From positions 415,586,001 through 415,650,000 of the forward strand of contig OZ024741.1 in the NCBI GenBank assembly GCA_964016885.1: a stretch of 64,000 bases of DNA. Direction: 5' to 3'. The notes under the pieces were generated by a model. It saw nothing but the letters and a program-made list of their open reading frames with translations, was not told the DNA's origin and ran no database searches. Shown here one piece after another: positions 1 to 14,149 of the stretch. The stretch is from Eledone cirrhosa (lineage: Eukaryota). The stretch's first letter is position 1; every line of letters begins with the position of its first letter. The position numbers and the translations under genes were made by a program.

Positions 1-3000
1 TTTATGTCACATTGCTCCAGTCCACTGTGTCCTTGAGCAAGACACTTTATGTCACATTGCTCCAGTCCACTGTGTCCTTGAGCAAGACACTTTATGTCAC
101 ATTGCTCCAGTCCACTGTGTCCTTGAGCAAGACACTTTATGTCACATTGCTCCAGTCCACTGTGTCCTTGAGCAAGACACTTTATGTCACATTGCTCCAG
201 TCCACTGTGTCCTTGAGCAAGACACTTTATGTCACATTGCTCCAGTCCACTGTGTCCTTGAGCAAGACACTTTATGTCACATTGCTCCAGTCCACTGTGT
301 CCTTGAGCAAGACACTTTATGCCACATTGCTCCAGTCAACTGTGTCCTTGAGCAAGACACTTTATGTCACATTGCTCCAGTCAACTGTGTCCTTGAGCAA
401 GACACTTTATGTCACATTGCTCCAGTCAACTGTGTCCTTGAGCTAGACACTTTATGTCACATTGCTCCAGTCCACTGTGTCCTTGAGCAAGACACTTTAT
501 GTCACATTGCTCCAGTCAACTGTGTCCTTGAGCAAGACACTTTATGTCACATTGCTCCAGTCAACTGTGTCCTTGAGCAAGACACTTTATGTCACATTGC
601 TCCAGTCCACTGTGTCCTTGAGCAAGACACTTTATGTCACATTGCTCCAGTCCACTGTGTCCTTGAGCAAGACACTTTATGTCACATTGCTCCAGTCAAC
701 TGTCCTTGAGCAAGACACTTTATGTCACATTGCTCCAGTCCACTGTGTCCTTGAGCAAGATACTTTATGTCACATTGCTCCAGTCAACTGTGTCCTTGAG
801 CAAGACACTTTATGTCACATTGTTCCAGTCCACTGTATCCTTGAGCAAGACACTTTATGTCACATTGCTTCAGTCAACTGTGTCCTTGAGCAAGATACTT
901 TGTCACATTGCTCCAGTCCACTGTGTCCTTGAGCAAGACACTTTATGTCACATTGCTTCAGTCAACTGTGTCGTTGAGCAAGACACTTTATGTCACATTG
1001 CTCCAGTCCACTGTGTCCTTGAGCAAGACACTTTATGCCACATTGCTCCAGTCCACTGTGTCCTTGAGCAAGACACTTTATGTCACATTGCTCCAGTCCA
1101 CTGTGTCCTTGAGCAAGACACTTTATGTCACATTGCTCCAGTCCACTGTCTCCTTGAGCAAGACACTTTATGTCACATTGCTCCAGTCCACTGTTTCCTT
1201 GAGCAAGACACTTTATGTCACATTGCTCCAGTCCACTGTGTCCTTGAGCAAGACACTTTATGTCACATTGCTCCAGTCCACTGTGTCCTTGAGCAAGACA
1301 CTTTATGTCACATTGCTTCAGTCAACTGTGTCCTTGAGCAAGATACTTTGTCACATTGCTCCAGTCCACTGTGTCCTTGAGCAAGACACTTTATGTCACA
1401 TTGCTTCAGTCAACTGTGTCCTTGAGCAAGACACTTTATGTCACATTGCTCCAGTCCACTGTGTCCTTGAGCAAGATACTTTGTCACATTGCTCCAGTCC
1501 ACTGTGTCCTTGAGCAAGACACTTTATGTCACATTGCTCCAGTCCACTGTGTCCTTGAGCAAGATACTTTGACACATTGCTCCAGTCCACTGTGTCCTTG
1601 AGCAAGACACTTTATGTCACAATGCTCAAGACCACTGTGTCCTTGAGCAAGACATTTTATGTCACATTGCTCCAGTCAACTGTGTCCTTGAGCAAGACAC
1701 TTTATGTCACATTGCTCCAGTCCACTGTGTCCTTGAGCAAGACACTTTATGTCACATTGCTTCAGTCAACTGTGTCCTTGAGCAAGACACTTTATGTCAC
1801 ATTGCTCCAGTCCACTGTGTCCTTTAGCAAGATACTTTGTTACATTGCTCCAGTCCACTGTGTCCTTGAGCAAGACACTTTATGTCACATTGCTCCAGTC
1901 CACTGTGTCCTTGGGCAAGACACTTTATGTCACATTGCTCCAGTCCACTGTGTCCTTGAGCAAGATACTTTGTTACATTGCTCCAGTCCACTGTGTCCTT
2001 GAGCAAGACACTTTATGTCACATTGCTCCAGTCAACTGTGTCCTTGAGCAAGACACTTTATGTCACATTGCTCCAGTCCACTGTGTCCTTGAGCAAGACA
2101 CTTTATGTCACATTGCTCCAGTCCACTGTGTCCTTGAGCAAGACACTTTATGTCACATTGCTCCAGTCCACTGTGTCCTTGAGCAAGACACTTTATGTCA
2201 CATTGTTCCAGTTCACTGTGTCCTTGAGCAAGATACTTTATCACATTGCTCCAGTCCACTGTGTCCTTGAGCAAGATACTTTGTCACATTGCTCCAGTCC
2301 ACTGTGTCCTTGAGCAAGACACTTTATGTCACATTGCTCCAGTCCACTGTGTCCTTGAGCAAGATACTTTGTTACATTGCTCCAGTCCACTGTGTCCTTG
2401 AGCAAGACACTTTATGTCACATTGCTCCAGTCCACTGTGTCCTTGAGCAAGACACTTTATGTCACATTGCTCCAGTCAACTGTGTCCTTGAGCAAGACAC
2501 TTTATGTCACATTGCTCCAGTCCACTGTGTCCTTGAGCAAGACACTTTATGTCCCATTGCTCCAGTCAACTGTGTCCTTGAGCAAGACACTTTATGTCAC
2601 ATTGCTCCAGTCCACTGTGTCCTTGAGCAAGACACTTTATGTCACATTGCTCCAGTCCACTGTGTCCTTGAGCAAGACACTTTATGTCACATTGCTCCAG
2701 TCCACTGTGTCCTTGAGCAAGACACTTTGTGTCACATTGCTCCAGTCAACTGTGTCCTTGAGCAAGACACTTTATGTCACATTGCTCCAGTCAACCATGT
2801 CCTTGAGCAAGACACTTTATGTCACATTGCTCCAGTCAACTGTGTCCTTGAGCAAGACACTTTATGTCACATTGCTCCAGTCAACTGTGTCCTTGAGCAA
2901 GACACTTTATGTCACATTGCTCCAGTCCACTGTGTGCTTGAGCAAGACACTTTATGACACATTGCTCCAGTCAACTGTGTCCTTGAGCAAGAAACTTTAT

Positions 3001-6000
3001 GTCACATTGCTCCAGTCAACAGTGTCCTTGAGCAAGACACTTTATGTCACATTGCTCCAGTCAACTGTGTCCTTGAGCAAGACACTTTATGTCACATTGC
3101 TCCAGTCCACTGTGTCCTTGAGCAAGACACTTTATGTCACATTGCTCCAGTTAACTGTGTCCTTGAGCAAGACACTTTATGTCACATTGCTCCAGTCCAC
3201 TGTGTCCTTGAGCAAGACACTTTATGTCACATTGCTCCAGTCAACTGTGTCCTTGAGCAAGACACTTTATGTCACATTGCTCCAGTCCACTGTGTCCTTG
3301 AGCAAGACACTTTATGTCACATTGCTCCAGTCAACTGTGTCCTTGAGCAAGACACTTTATGTCACATTGCTCCAGTCTACTGTGTCCTTGAGCAAGACAT
3401 TTTATGTCACATTGCTCCAGTCAACTGTGTCCTTGAGCAAGACACTTTATGTCACATTGCTCCAGTCCACTGTGTCCTTGAGCAAGACACTTTATGTCAC
3501 ATTGCTCCAGTCCACTGTGTCCTTGAGCAAGACACTTTATGTCACATTGCTCCAGTCAACTGTGTCCTTGAGCAAGACACTTTATGTCACATTGCTCCAG
3601 TCAACTGTGTCCTTGAGCAAGACACTTTATGTCACATTGCTCCAGTCAACTGTGTCCTTGAGCAAGACACTTTATGTCACATTGCTCCAGTCAACTGTGT
3701 CCTTGAGCAAGACACTTTATGTCACATTGCTCCAGTCAACTGTGTCCTTGAGCAAGACACTTTATGTCACATTGCTCCAGTCCACTGTGTCCTTGAGCAA
3801 GACACTTTATGCCACATTGCTCCAGTCAACTGTGTCCTTGAGCAAGACACTTTATGTCACATTGCTCCAGTCCACTGTGTCCTTGAGCAAGATACTTTAT
3901 GTCACATTGCTCCAGTCAACTGTTTCCTTGAGCAAGACACTTTATGTCACATTGCTCCAGTCCACTGTGTCCTTGAGCAAGACACTTTATGTCACATTGC
4001 TCCAGTCCACTGTGTCCTTGAGCAAGACACTTTATGTCACATTGCTCCAGTCCACTGTGTCCTTGAGCAAGACACTTTATGTCACATTGCTCCAGTCCAC
4101 TGTGTCCTTGAGCAAGACACTTTATGTCACATTGCTCCAGTCTACTGTGTCCTTGAGCAAGACACTTTATGTCACATTGCTCCAGTCAACTGTGTCCTTG
4201 AGCAAGACACTTTATGTCACATTGCTCCAGTCAACTGTGTCCTTGAGCAAGACACTTTATGTCACATTGCTCCAGTCCACTGTGTCCTTGAGCAAGACAC
4301 TTTGTGCCACATTGCTCCAGTCAACTGTGTCCTTGAGCAAGACACTTTATGTCACATTGCTCCAGTCCACTGTGTCCTTGAGCAAGATACTTTATGTCAC
4401 ATTGCTCCAGTCAACTGTTTCCTTGAGCAAGACACTTTATGTCACATTGCTCCAGTCCACTGTGTCCTTGAGCAAGACACTTTATGTCACATTGCTCCAG
4501 TCAACTGTGTCCTTGAGCAAGACACTTTATGTCACATTGCTCCAGTCCACTGTGTCCTTGAGCAAGACACTTTATGTCACATTGCTCCAGTCCACTGTGT
4601 CCTTGAGCAAGACACTTTATGTCACATTGCTCCAGTCCACTGTGTCCTTGAGCAAGACACTTTATGTCACATTGCTCCAGTCAACTGTGTCCTTGAGCAA
4701 GACACTTTATGTCACATTGCTCCAGTCCACTGTGTCCTTGAGCAAGACACTTTATGTCACATTGCTCCAGTCAACTGTGTCCTTGAGCAAGACACTTTAT
4801 GTCACATTGCTCCAGTCCACTGTGTCCTTGAGCAAGACACTTTATGTCACATTGCTCCAGTCAACTGTGTCCTTGAGCAAGACACTTTATGTCACATTGC
4901 TCCAGTCTACTGTGTCCTTGAGCAAGACACTTTATGTCACATTGCTCCAGTCAACTGTGTCCTTGAGCAAGACACTTTATGTCACATTGCTCCAGTCAAC
5001 TGTGTCCTTGAGCAAGACACTTTATGTCACATTGCTCCAGTCAACTGTGTCCTTGAGCAAGACACTTTATGTCACATTGCTCCAGTCAACTGCGTCCTTG
5101 AGCGAGACACTTTATGTCACATTGCTCCAGTCAACTGTGTCCTTGAGCAAGATACTTTGTCACATTGCTCCAGTCCACTGTGTCCTTGAGCAAGACACTT
5201 TATGTCACATTGCTCCAGTCCACTGTGTCCTTGAGCAAGACACTTTATGTCACATTGCTCCAGTCCACTGTGTCCTTGAGCAAGACACTTTATGTCACAT
5301 TGCTCCAGTCCACTGTGTCCTTGAGCAAGACACTTTATGTCACATTGCTCCAGTCAACTGTGTCCTTGAGCAAGACACTTTATGTCACATTGCTCCAGTC
5401 TACTGTGTCCTTGAGCAAGACACTTTATGTCACATTGCTCCAGTCAACTGTGTCCTTGAGCAAGACACTTTATGTCACATTGCTCCAGTCAACTGTGTCC
5501 TTGAGCAAGACACTTTATGTCACATTGCTCCAGTCAACTGTGTCCTTGAGCAAGACACTTTATGTCACATTGCTCCAGTCCACTGTGTCCTTGAGCAAGA
5601 CACTTTATGTCACATTGCTCCAGTCAACTGTGTCCTTGAGCAAGATACTTTGTCACATTGCTCCAGTCCACTGTGTCCTTGAGCAAGACACTTTATGTCA
5701 CATTGCTCCAGTCCACTGTGTCCTTGAGCAAGACACTTTATGTCACATTGCTCCAGTCCACTGTGTCCTTGAGCAAGACACTTTATGTCACATTGCTCCA
5801 GTCCACTGTGTCCTTGAGCAAGATACTTTGTCACATTGCTCCAGTCCACTGTGTCCTTGAGCAAGACACTTTATGTCACATTGCTCCAGTCCACTGTGTC
5901 CTTGAGCAAGACACTTTATGTCACATTGCTCCAGTCAACTGTGTCCTTGAGCAAGACACTTTATGTCACATTGCTCCAGTCAACTGTGTCCTTGAGCAAG

Positions 6001-9000
6001 ACACTTTATGTCACATTGCTCCAGTCCACTGTGTCCTTGAGCAAGACACATTATGTCACATTGCTCCAGTCCACTGTGTCCTTGAGCAAGATACTTTGTC
6101 ACATTGCTCCAGTCCACTGTGTCCTTGAGCAAGACACTTTATGTCACATTGCTGAAGACCACTGTGTCCTTGAGCAAGACACTTTATGTCACATTGCTTC
6201 AGTCAACTGTGTCCTTGAGCAAGACACTTTATGTCACATTGCTCCAGTCCACTGTCTCCTTGAGCAAGACACTTTATGTCACATTGCTCCAGTCCACTGT
6301 TTCCTTGAGCAAGACACTTTATGTCACATTGCTCCAGTCCACTGTGTCCTTGAGCAAGACACTTTATGTCACATTGCTCCAGTCCACTGTGTCCTTGAGC
6401 AAGACACTTTATGTCACATTGCTTCAGTCAACTGTGTCCTTGAGCAAGATACTTTGTCACATTGCTCCAGTCCACTGTGTCCTTGAGCAAGACACTTTAT
6501 GTCACATTGCTTCAGTCAACTGTGTCCTTGAGCAAGACACTTTATGTCACATTGCTCCAGTCCACTGTGTCCTTGAGCAAGATACTTTGTCACATTGCTC
6601 CAGTCCACTGTGTCCTTGAGCAAGACACTTTATGTCACATTGCTCCAGTCCACTGTGTCCTTGAGCAAGATACTTTGACACATTGCTCCAGTCCACTGTG
6701 TCCTTGAGCAAGACACTTTATGTCACAATGCTCAAGACCACTGTGTCCTTGAGCAAGACATTTTATGTCACATTGCTCCAGTCAACTGTGTCCTTGAGCA
6801 AGACACTTTATGTCACATTGCTCCAGTCCACTGTGTCCTTGAGCAAGACACTTTATGTCACATTGCTTCAGTCAACTGTGTCCTTGAGCAAGACACTTTA
6901 TGTCACATTGCTCCAGTCCACTGTGTCCTTTAGCAAGATACTTTGTTACATTGCTCCAGTCCACTGTGTCCTTGAGCAAGACACTTTATGTCACATTGCT
7001 CCAGTCCACTGTGTCCTTGGGCAAGACACTTCATGTCACATTGCTCCAGTCCACTGTGTCCTTGAGCAAGATACTTTGTTACATTGCTCCAGTCCACTGT
7101 GTCCTTGAGCAAGACACTTTATGTCACATTGCTCCAGTCAACTGTGTCCTTGAGCAAGACACTTTATGTCACATTGCTCCAGTCCACTGTGTCCTTGAGC
7201 AAGACACTTTATGTCACATTGCTCCAGTCCACTGTGTCCTTGAGCAAGACACTTTATGTCACATTGCTCCAGTCCACTGTGTCCTTGAGCAAGACACTTT
7301 ATGTCACATTGTTCCAGTTCACTGTGTCCTTGAGCAAGATACTTTATCACATTGCTCCAGTCCACTGTGTCCTTGAGCAAGATACTTTGTCACATTGCTC
7401 CAGTCCACTGTGTCCTTGAGCAAGACACTTTATGTCACATTGCTCCAGTCCACTGTGTCCTTGAGCAAGATACTTTGTTACATTGCTCCAGTCCACTGTG
7501 TCCTTGAGCAAGACACTTTATGTCACATTGCTCCAGTCCACTGTGTCCTTGAGCAAGACACTTTATGTCACATTGCTCCAGTCAACTGTGTCCTTGAGCA
7601 AGACACTTTATGTCACATTGCTCCAGTCCACTGTGTCCTTGAGCAAGACACTTTATGTCCCATTGCTCCAGTCAACTGTGTCCTTGAGCAAGACACTTTA
7701 TGTCACATTGCTCCAGTCCACTGTGTCCTTGAGCAAGACACTTTATGTCACATTGCTCCAGTCCACTGTGTCCTTGAGCAAGACACTTTATGTCACATTG
7801 CTCCAGTCCACTGTGTCCTTGAGCAAGACACTTTGTGTCACATTGCTCCAGTCAACTGTGTCCTTGAGCAAGACACTTTATGTCACATTGCTCCAGTCAA
7901 CCATGTCCTTGAGCAAGACACTTTATGTCACATTGCTCCAGTCAACTGTGTCCTTGAGCAAGACACTTTATGTCACATTGCTCCAGTCAACTGTGTCCTT
8001 GAGCAAGACACTTTATGTCACATTGCTCCAGTCCACTGTGTGCTTGAGCAAGACACTTTATGACACATTGCTCCAGTCAACTGTGTCCTTGAGCAAGAAA
8101 CTTTATGTCACATTGCTCCAGTCAACAGTGTCCTTGAGCAAGACACTTTATGTCACATTGCTCCAGTCAACTGTGTCCTTGAGCAAGACACTTTATGTCA
8201 CATTGCTCCAGTCCACTGTGTCCTTGAGCAAGACACTTTATGTCACATTGCTCCAGTCAACTGTGTCCTTGAGCAAGACACTTTATGTCACATTGCTCCA
8301 GTCCACTGTGTCCTTGAGCAAGACACTTTATGTCACATTGCTCCAGTCAACTGTGTCCTTGAGCAAGACACTTTATGTCACATTGCTCCAGTCCACTGTG
8401 TCCTTGAGCAAGACACTTTATGTCACATTGCTCCAGTCAACTGTGTCCTTGAGCAAGACACTTTATGTCACATTGCTCCAGTCTACTGTGTCCTTGAGCA
8501 AGACATTTTATGTCACATTGCTCCAGTCAACTGTGTCCTTGAGCAAGAACACTTTATGTCACATTGCTCCAGTCCACTGTGTCCTTGAGCAAGACACTTT
8601 ATGTCACATTGCTCCAGTCCACTGTGTCCTTGAGCAAGACACTTTATGTCACATTGCTCCAGTCAACTGTGTCCTTGAGCAAGACACTTTATGTCACATT
8701 GCTCCAGTCAACTGTGTCCTTGAGCAAGACACTTTATGTCACATTGCCAGTCAACTGTGTCCTTGAGCAAGACACTTTATGTCACATTGCTCCAGTCCAC
8801 TGTGTCCTTGAGCAAGACACTTTATGTCACATTGCTCCAATCCACTGTGTCCTTGAGCAAGACACTTTATGTCACATTGCTCCAGTCAACTGTGTCCTTG
8901 AGCAAGACACTTCATGTCACATTGCTCCAGTCAACTATGTCCTTGAGCAAGACACTTTATGTCACATTGCTCCAGTCCACTGTGTCCTTGAGCAAGACAC

Positions 9001-12000
9001 TTTATGTCACATTGCTCCAGTCCACTGTGTCCTTGAGCAAGACACTTTATGTCACATTGCTCCAGTCCACTGTGTCCTTGAGCAAGATACTTTGTCACAT
9101 TGCTCCAGTCCACTGTGTCCTTGAGCAAGACACTTTATGTCACATTGCTCAAGACCACTGTGTCCTTGAGCAAGACATTTTATGTCACATTGCTCCAGTC
9201 AACTGTGTCCTTGAGCAAGACACTTTATGTCACATTGCTCCAGTCCACTGTGTCCTTGAGCAAGACACTTTATGTCACATTCCTTCAGTCAACTGTGTCC
9301 TTGAGCAAGACACTTTATGTCACATTGCTCCAGTCCACTGTGTCCTTGAGCAAGATACTTTGTTACATTGCTCCAGTCCACTGTGTCCTTGAGCAAGACA
9401 CTTTATGTCACATTGCTCCAGTCCACTGTGTCCTTGAGCAAGACACTTTATGTCACATTGCTCCAGTCCACTGTGTCCTTGAGCAAGACACTTTATGTCA
9501 CATTGCTCCAGTCCACTGTGTCCTTGAGCAAGACACTTTATGTCACATTGTTCCAGTTCACTGTGTCCTTGAGCAAGATACTTTATCACATTGCTCCAGT
9601 CCACTGTGTCCTTGAGCAAGATACTTTGTCACATTGCTCCAGTCCACTGTGTCCTTGAGCAAGACACTTTATGTCACATTGCTCCAGTCCACTGTGTCCT
9701 TGAGCAAGACACTTTATGTCACATTGCTCCAGTCAACTGTGTCCTTGAGCAAGACACTTTATGTCACATTGCTGCAGTCAACCATGTCCTTGAGCAAGAC
9801 ACTTTATGTCACATTGCTCCAGTCCACTGTGTCCTTGAGCAAGACACTTTATGTCACATTGCTCCAGTCAACTGTGTCCTTGAGCAAGATACTTTATGTC
9901 ACATTGCTCCAGTCAACTATGTCCTTGAGCAAGACACTTTATGTCACATTGCTCCAGTCCACTGTGTCCTTGAGCAAGACACTTTATGTCACATTGCTCC
10001 AGTCAACTGTGTCCTTGAGCAAGACACTTTATGTCACATTGCTCCAGTCAACTGTGTCCTTGAGCAAGACACTTTATGTCACATTGCTCCAGTCCACTGT
10101 GTCCTTGAGCAAGACACTTTATGTCACATTGCTCCAGTCCACTGTGTCCTTGAGCAAGACACTTTATGTCACATTGCTCCAGTCCACTGTGTCCTTGAGC
10201 AAGACACTTTATGTCACATTGCTCCAGTCCACTGTGTCCTTGAGCAAGACACTTTATGTCACATTGCTCGAGTCAACTGTGTCCTTGAGCAAGACACTTT
10301 ATGTCACATTGCTCCAGTCAACTATGTCCTTGAGCAAGACACTTTATGTCACATTGCTCCAGTCCAATGTGTCCTTGAGCAAGACACTTTATGTCACATT
10401 GCTGCAGTCAACTGTGTCCTTGAGCAAGACACTTTATGTCACATTGCTCCAGTCCACTGTGTCCTTGAGCAAGACACTTCATGTCACATTGCTCCAGTCA
10501 ACTGTGTCCTTGAGCAAGATACTTTATGTCACATTGCTCCAGTCAACTGTGTCCTTGAGCAAGTCACTTTATGTCACATTGCTCCAGTCCACTGTGTCCT
10601 TGAGCAAGACACTTTATGTCACATTGCTCCAGTCCACTGTGTCCTTGAGCAAGACACTTTATGTCACATTGCTCCAGTCAACTATGTCCTTGAGCAAGAC
10701 ACTTTATGTCACATTGCTCCAGTCCACTGTGTCCTTGAGCAAGACACTTTATGTCACATTGCTCCAGTCAACTGTGTCCTTGAGCAAGATACTTTATGTC
10801 ACATTGCTCCAGTCAACTATGTCCTTGAGCAAGACACTTTATGTCACATTGCTCCAGTCCACTGTGTCCTTGAGCAAGACACTCTATGTCACATTGCTCC
10901 AGTCAACTGTGTCGTTGAGCAAGACACTTTATGTCACATTGCTCCAGTCCACTGTGTCCTTGAGCAAGACATTTTATGTCACATTGCTCCAGTCAACTGT
11001 GTCCTTGAGCAAGACACTTTATGTCACATTGCTTCAGTCAACTGTGTCCTTGAGCAAGACACTTTATGTCACATTGCTCCAGTCCACTGTGTCCTTGAGC
11101 AAGACACTTTATGTCACATTGCTTCAGTCTACTGTGTCCTTGAGCAAGACACTTTATGTCACATTGCTCCAGTCAACTGTGTCCTTGAGCAAGACACTTT
11201 ATGTCACATTGCTCCAGTCAACTATGTCCTTGAGCAAGACACTTTATGTCACATTGCTCCAGTCAACTGTGTCCTTGAGCAAGACACTTTATGTCACATT
11301 GCTTCAGTCAACTATGTCCTTGAGCAAGACACTTTATGTCACATTGCTCCAGTCAACTGTGTCCTTGAGCAAGACACTTCATGTCACATTGCTCCAGTCA
11401 ACTGTGTCCTTGAGCAAGATACTTTATGTCACATTGCTCCAGTGAACTGTGTCCTTGAGCAAGACACTTTATGTCACATTGCTCCAGTCCACTGTGTCCT
11501 TGAGCAAGACACTTTATGTCACATTGCTCCAGTCCACTGTGTCCTTGAGCAAGACACTTTATGTCACATTGCTCCAGTCCACTGTGTCCTTGAGCAAGAC
11601 ACTTTATGTCACATTGCTCCAGTCCACTGTGTCCTTGAGCAAGACACTTTATGTCACATTGCTCCAATCCACTGTGTCCTTGAGCAAGACACTTTATGTC
11701 ACATTGCTCCAGTCAACTGTGTCCTTGAGCAAGACACTTTATGTCACATTGCTCCAGTCCACTGTGTCCTTGAGCAAGACACTTTATGTCACATTGCTCC
11801 AGTCAACTGTGTCCTTGAGCAAGACACTTTATGTCACATTGCTCCAGTCAACTGTGTCCTTGAGCAAGACACTTTATGTCACATTGCTCCAGTCCACTGT
11901 GTCCTTGAGCAAGACACTTTATGTCACATTGCTCCAATCCACTGTGTCCTTGAGCAAGACACTTTATGTCACATTGCTCCAGTCAACTGTGTCGTTGAGC

Positions 12001-12125
12001 AAGACACTTTATGTCACATTGCTCCAGTCAACTGTGTCCTTGAGCAAGACACTTTATGTCACATTGCTCCAGTCCACTGTGTCCTTGAGCAAGATACTTT
12101 ATGTCACATTGCTCCAGTCCACTGT
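1..12125. repeat. 45-bp satellite array (~270 units, runs off the left edge), consensus TTTATGTCACATTGCTCCAGTC(C/A)ACTGTGTCCTTGAGCAAGACAC
   Basis: Direct 45-bp periodicity; C/A dimorphism (GTCCAC/GTCAAC); recurrent 43-bp variant (GATACTTTGTCAC). Unit matches the central domain of the SINE at ~31474-31512. Confidence 0.99.
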
Positions 12126-12286
12126 CGTTGAAAGCAAGTTATTAAAGATGTCATTGGTTCTTCCAAATTGTATCAGCTTGAACAATGTTGATGGTATAGA
12201 GAAGATAACTGGTATTCTTGAGTGACTGTTGGTTTTCTGCAAAACTTGTTAGCTCGGCTTGTAACTTGGAGAAGGACTTTACATGT

Positions 12287-13060
12287 GAAATATGTATTTA
12301 ATATTATAACTATATATTCACTATTTAATATAAAATATGTATTTAATATTATAACTATATATTCACTATTTAATATAAAATATGTATTTAATATTATAAC
12401 TATATATTCACTATTTAATATAAAATATGTATTTAATATTATAACTATATATTCACTATTTAATATAAAATATGTATTTAATATTATAACTATATATTCA
12501 CTATTTAATATAAAATATGTATTTAATATTATAACTATATATTCACTATTTAATATAAAATATGTATTTAATATTATAACTATATTCACTATTTAATATA
12601 AAATATTTTTGTAACTATTATGTGATATAACTATATTTTTTTAATATAAAACATTTATTTAATAATCTAACTCTACATTTATAAAATATATATTTAATAA
12701 TATAATTATATATCTATTTACTATAAAATATCTATTTAATAATATAACTATATATTTTATTACTATAAAATATATATTTAATAATATAACTATGTATCTA
12801 TTTACTATAAAATATATATTTAATAATATAACTATGTATGTAACATCGTAGTTATATATTCACTAATATAAAATATGTTTGTAAACATCTCTAATATCTA
12901 TTTTATATAATTTCCACTATTTAATATTATAACTATATTGTAACCATTTATTATATTTATTTATCTATATGTTCAATATTTAATATAAAGTATTTATTGT
13001 AACTATTTATTATATCTATTTAATATATTCAATATAAAATATTAAAATAAAATAATAATA
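12287..13060. repeat. AT-rich 45-bp minisatellite (~7 near-perfect copies, 12287-12605) decaying into degenerate copies
   Basis: Unit ATATGTATTTAATATTATAACTATATATTCACTATTTAATATAAA starts at 12290, 12335, 12380 etc.; related motifs (TATAACTATAT, TATTTAATATAAAA) continue to ~13060. Confidence 0.93.
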
Positions 13061-13175
13061 ATTAAATTATTGTGTACAGTGCTCAGGTGCACTACAACTC
13101 ATCAAATGTGCATCTATAGTACATAGAGTAATTTACAAATGTCAGGAAAGTAAACAGTGTATGAGTCATGATATA
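13050..13175 (-). mobile_element. LINE 3' UTR fragment (CR1-like), same family as 28411-28652
   Basis: TTATTGTGTACAGTGCTCAGGTG...GAGTCATGATATACA matches ~28435-28545; AAT-rich tail on the left. Confidence 0.65.
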
Positions 13176-13368
13176 CATACACACACCACACATATCATAC
13201 AGACACACACACACATATATATATCATACATACACACACCACACATATCATAGAGACACACACATATATCATACATACACACACCACACACATATATATA
13301 TATACACACACACACACCATGTACATTTTCACCATTTAATATTATAACTATTCATTATTTAATATTAT

Positions 13369-13900
13369 GGGCGGTGGATTGGTAGTATCGGTAGAGGGTC
13401 GGACGCCATGCTTTCTAGCATAGTTACGTCCCTTTACGATCTGAGTTCAAATCCCGCCGAGGTTGACTTTGCCTTTCATCCTTACGGGGTCGATAAAATA
13501 AAGTACCAGTGAGGCACTGGGTAGTTGCTGGCCTTGTGCCTAAAGTAGAAACAATTATTTAATATTATGGGGTCGATAAAATAAAGTACCAGTAATGTAC
13601 TGGGTAATTGCTGGCCTTGTGCCAAAAGTAGAAACAATTATTTAATATGGCTTGGCAGTATCGGTAGAGGGTCGGACGCCATGCTTTGATGCATAGAGTT
13701 ACGGCCCTTTATGGTCTGAGTTCAAATCTCTCCGAGGTTAACTTTACCTTTCATCCTTACGGTGGTTGATATAATAAAGTACCAGTAATACACTGGATAA
13801 TTGCTGGCCTTGTGCCAAAAGTAGAAACAATTATTTAATATAGAAAGTACCAGTAATACACTGAGGTAATTGCTGGCCTTGTGCCAAAAGCAAAAACAAT
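13369..13900 (+). mobile_element. Cluster of tRNA-derived SINEs (family A): two near-full copies (13369-13553, ~13649-13832) plus two tandemly duplicated 3' ends
   Basis: A-box-like TGGTAGTATCGG, B-box GAGTTCAAATCC, conserved core CTTTGCCTTTCATCCTTACGGGGTCGATAAAATAAAGTACCAGT, 3' end TTGCTGGCCTTGTGCCAAAAGTAGAAAC present four times. Confidence 0.9.
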
Positions 13901-14149
13901 TATATAATATAGAATATTTATGTAACTATATATTATATATATAAAGTGTGTGTATATATATATGTATATAAATATATACACGTGTGTATATAGAGTGTAT
14001 GTGTATATATATGTATATAAATATGTACACGTGTGTATATAAATACCATTGTATAATATGTTATCAATAAAATGTCTTGAAAACAGTAAATATGTTATTT
14101 ATGTCTCAGTAATTATTGTTTGACTTATGTCTCATGTTGGCATGGGTTA

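Noticed and set aside
1-12225. Long ORFs (up to 1101 aa) of repeating LLQSTVSLSKTLYVT / CHIAPVHCVLEQDTL
   Set aside because: The 45-bp unit is a multiple of 3 and lacks stops in two frames; frequent 2-bp deletions shift frames freely and the unit is SINE-derived, so there is no sign of coding constraint.
12126-12286. Possible exon in the spacer between the two 45-bp repeats
   Set aside because: Short open frames exist but there is no convincing splice-site pair or recognisable homology.
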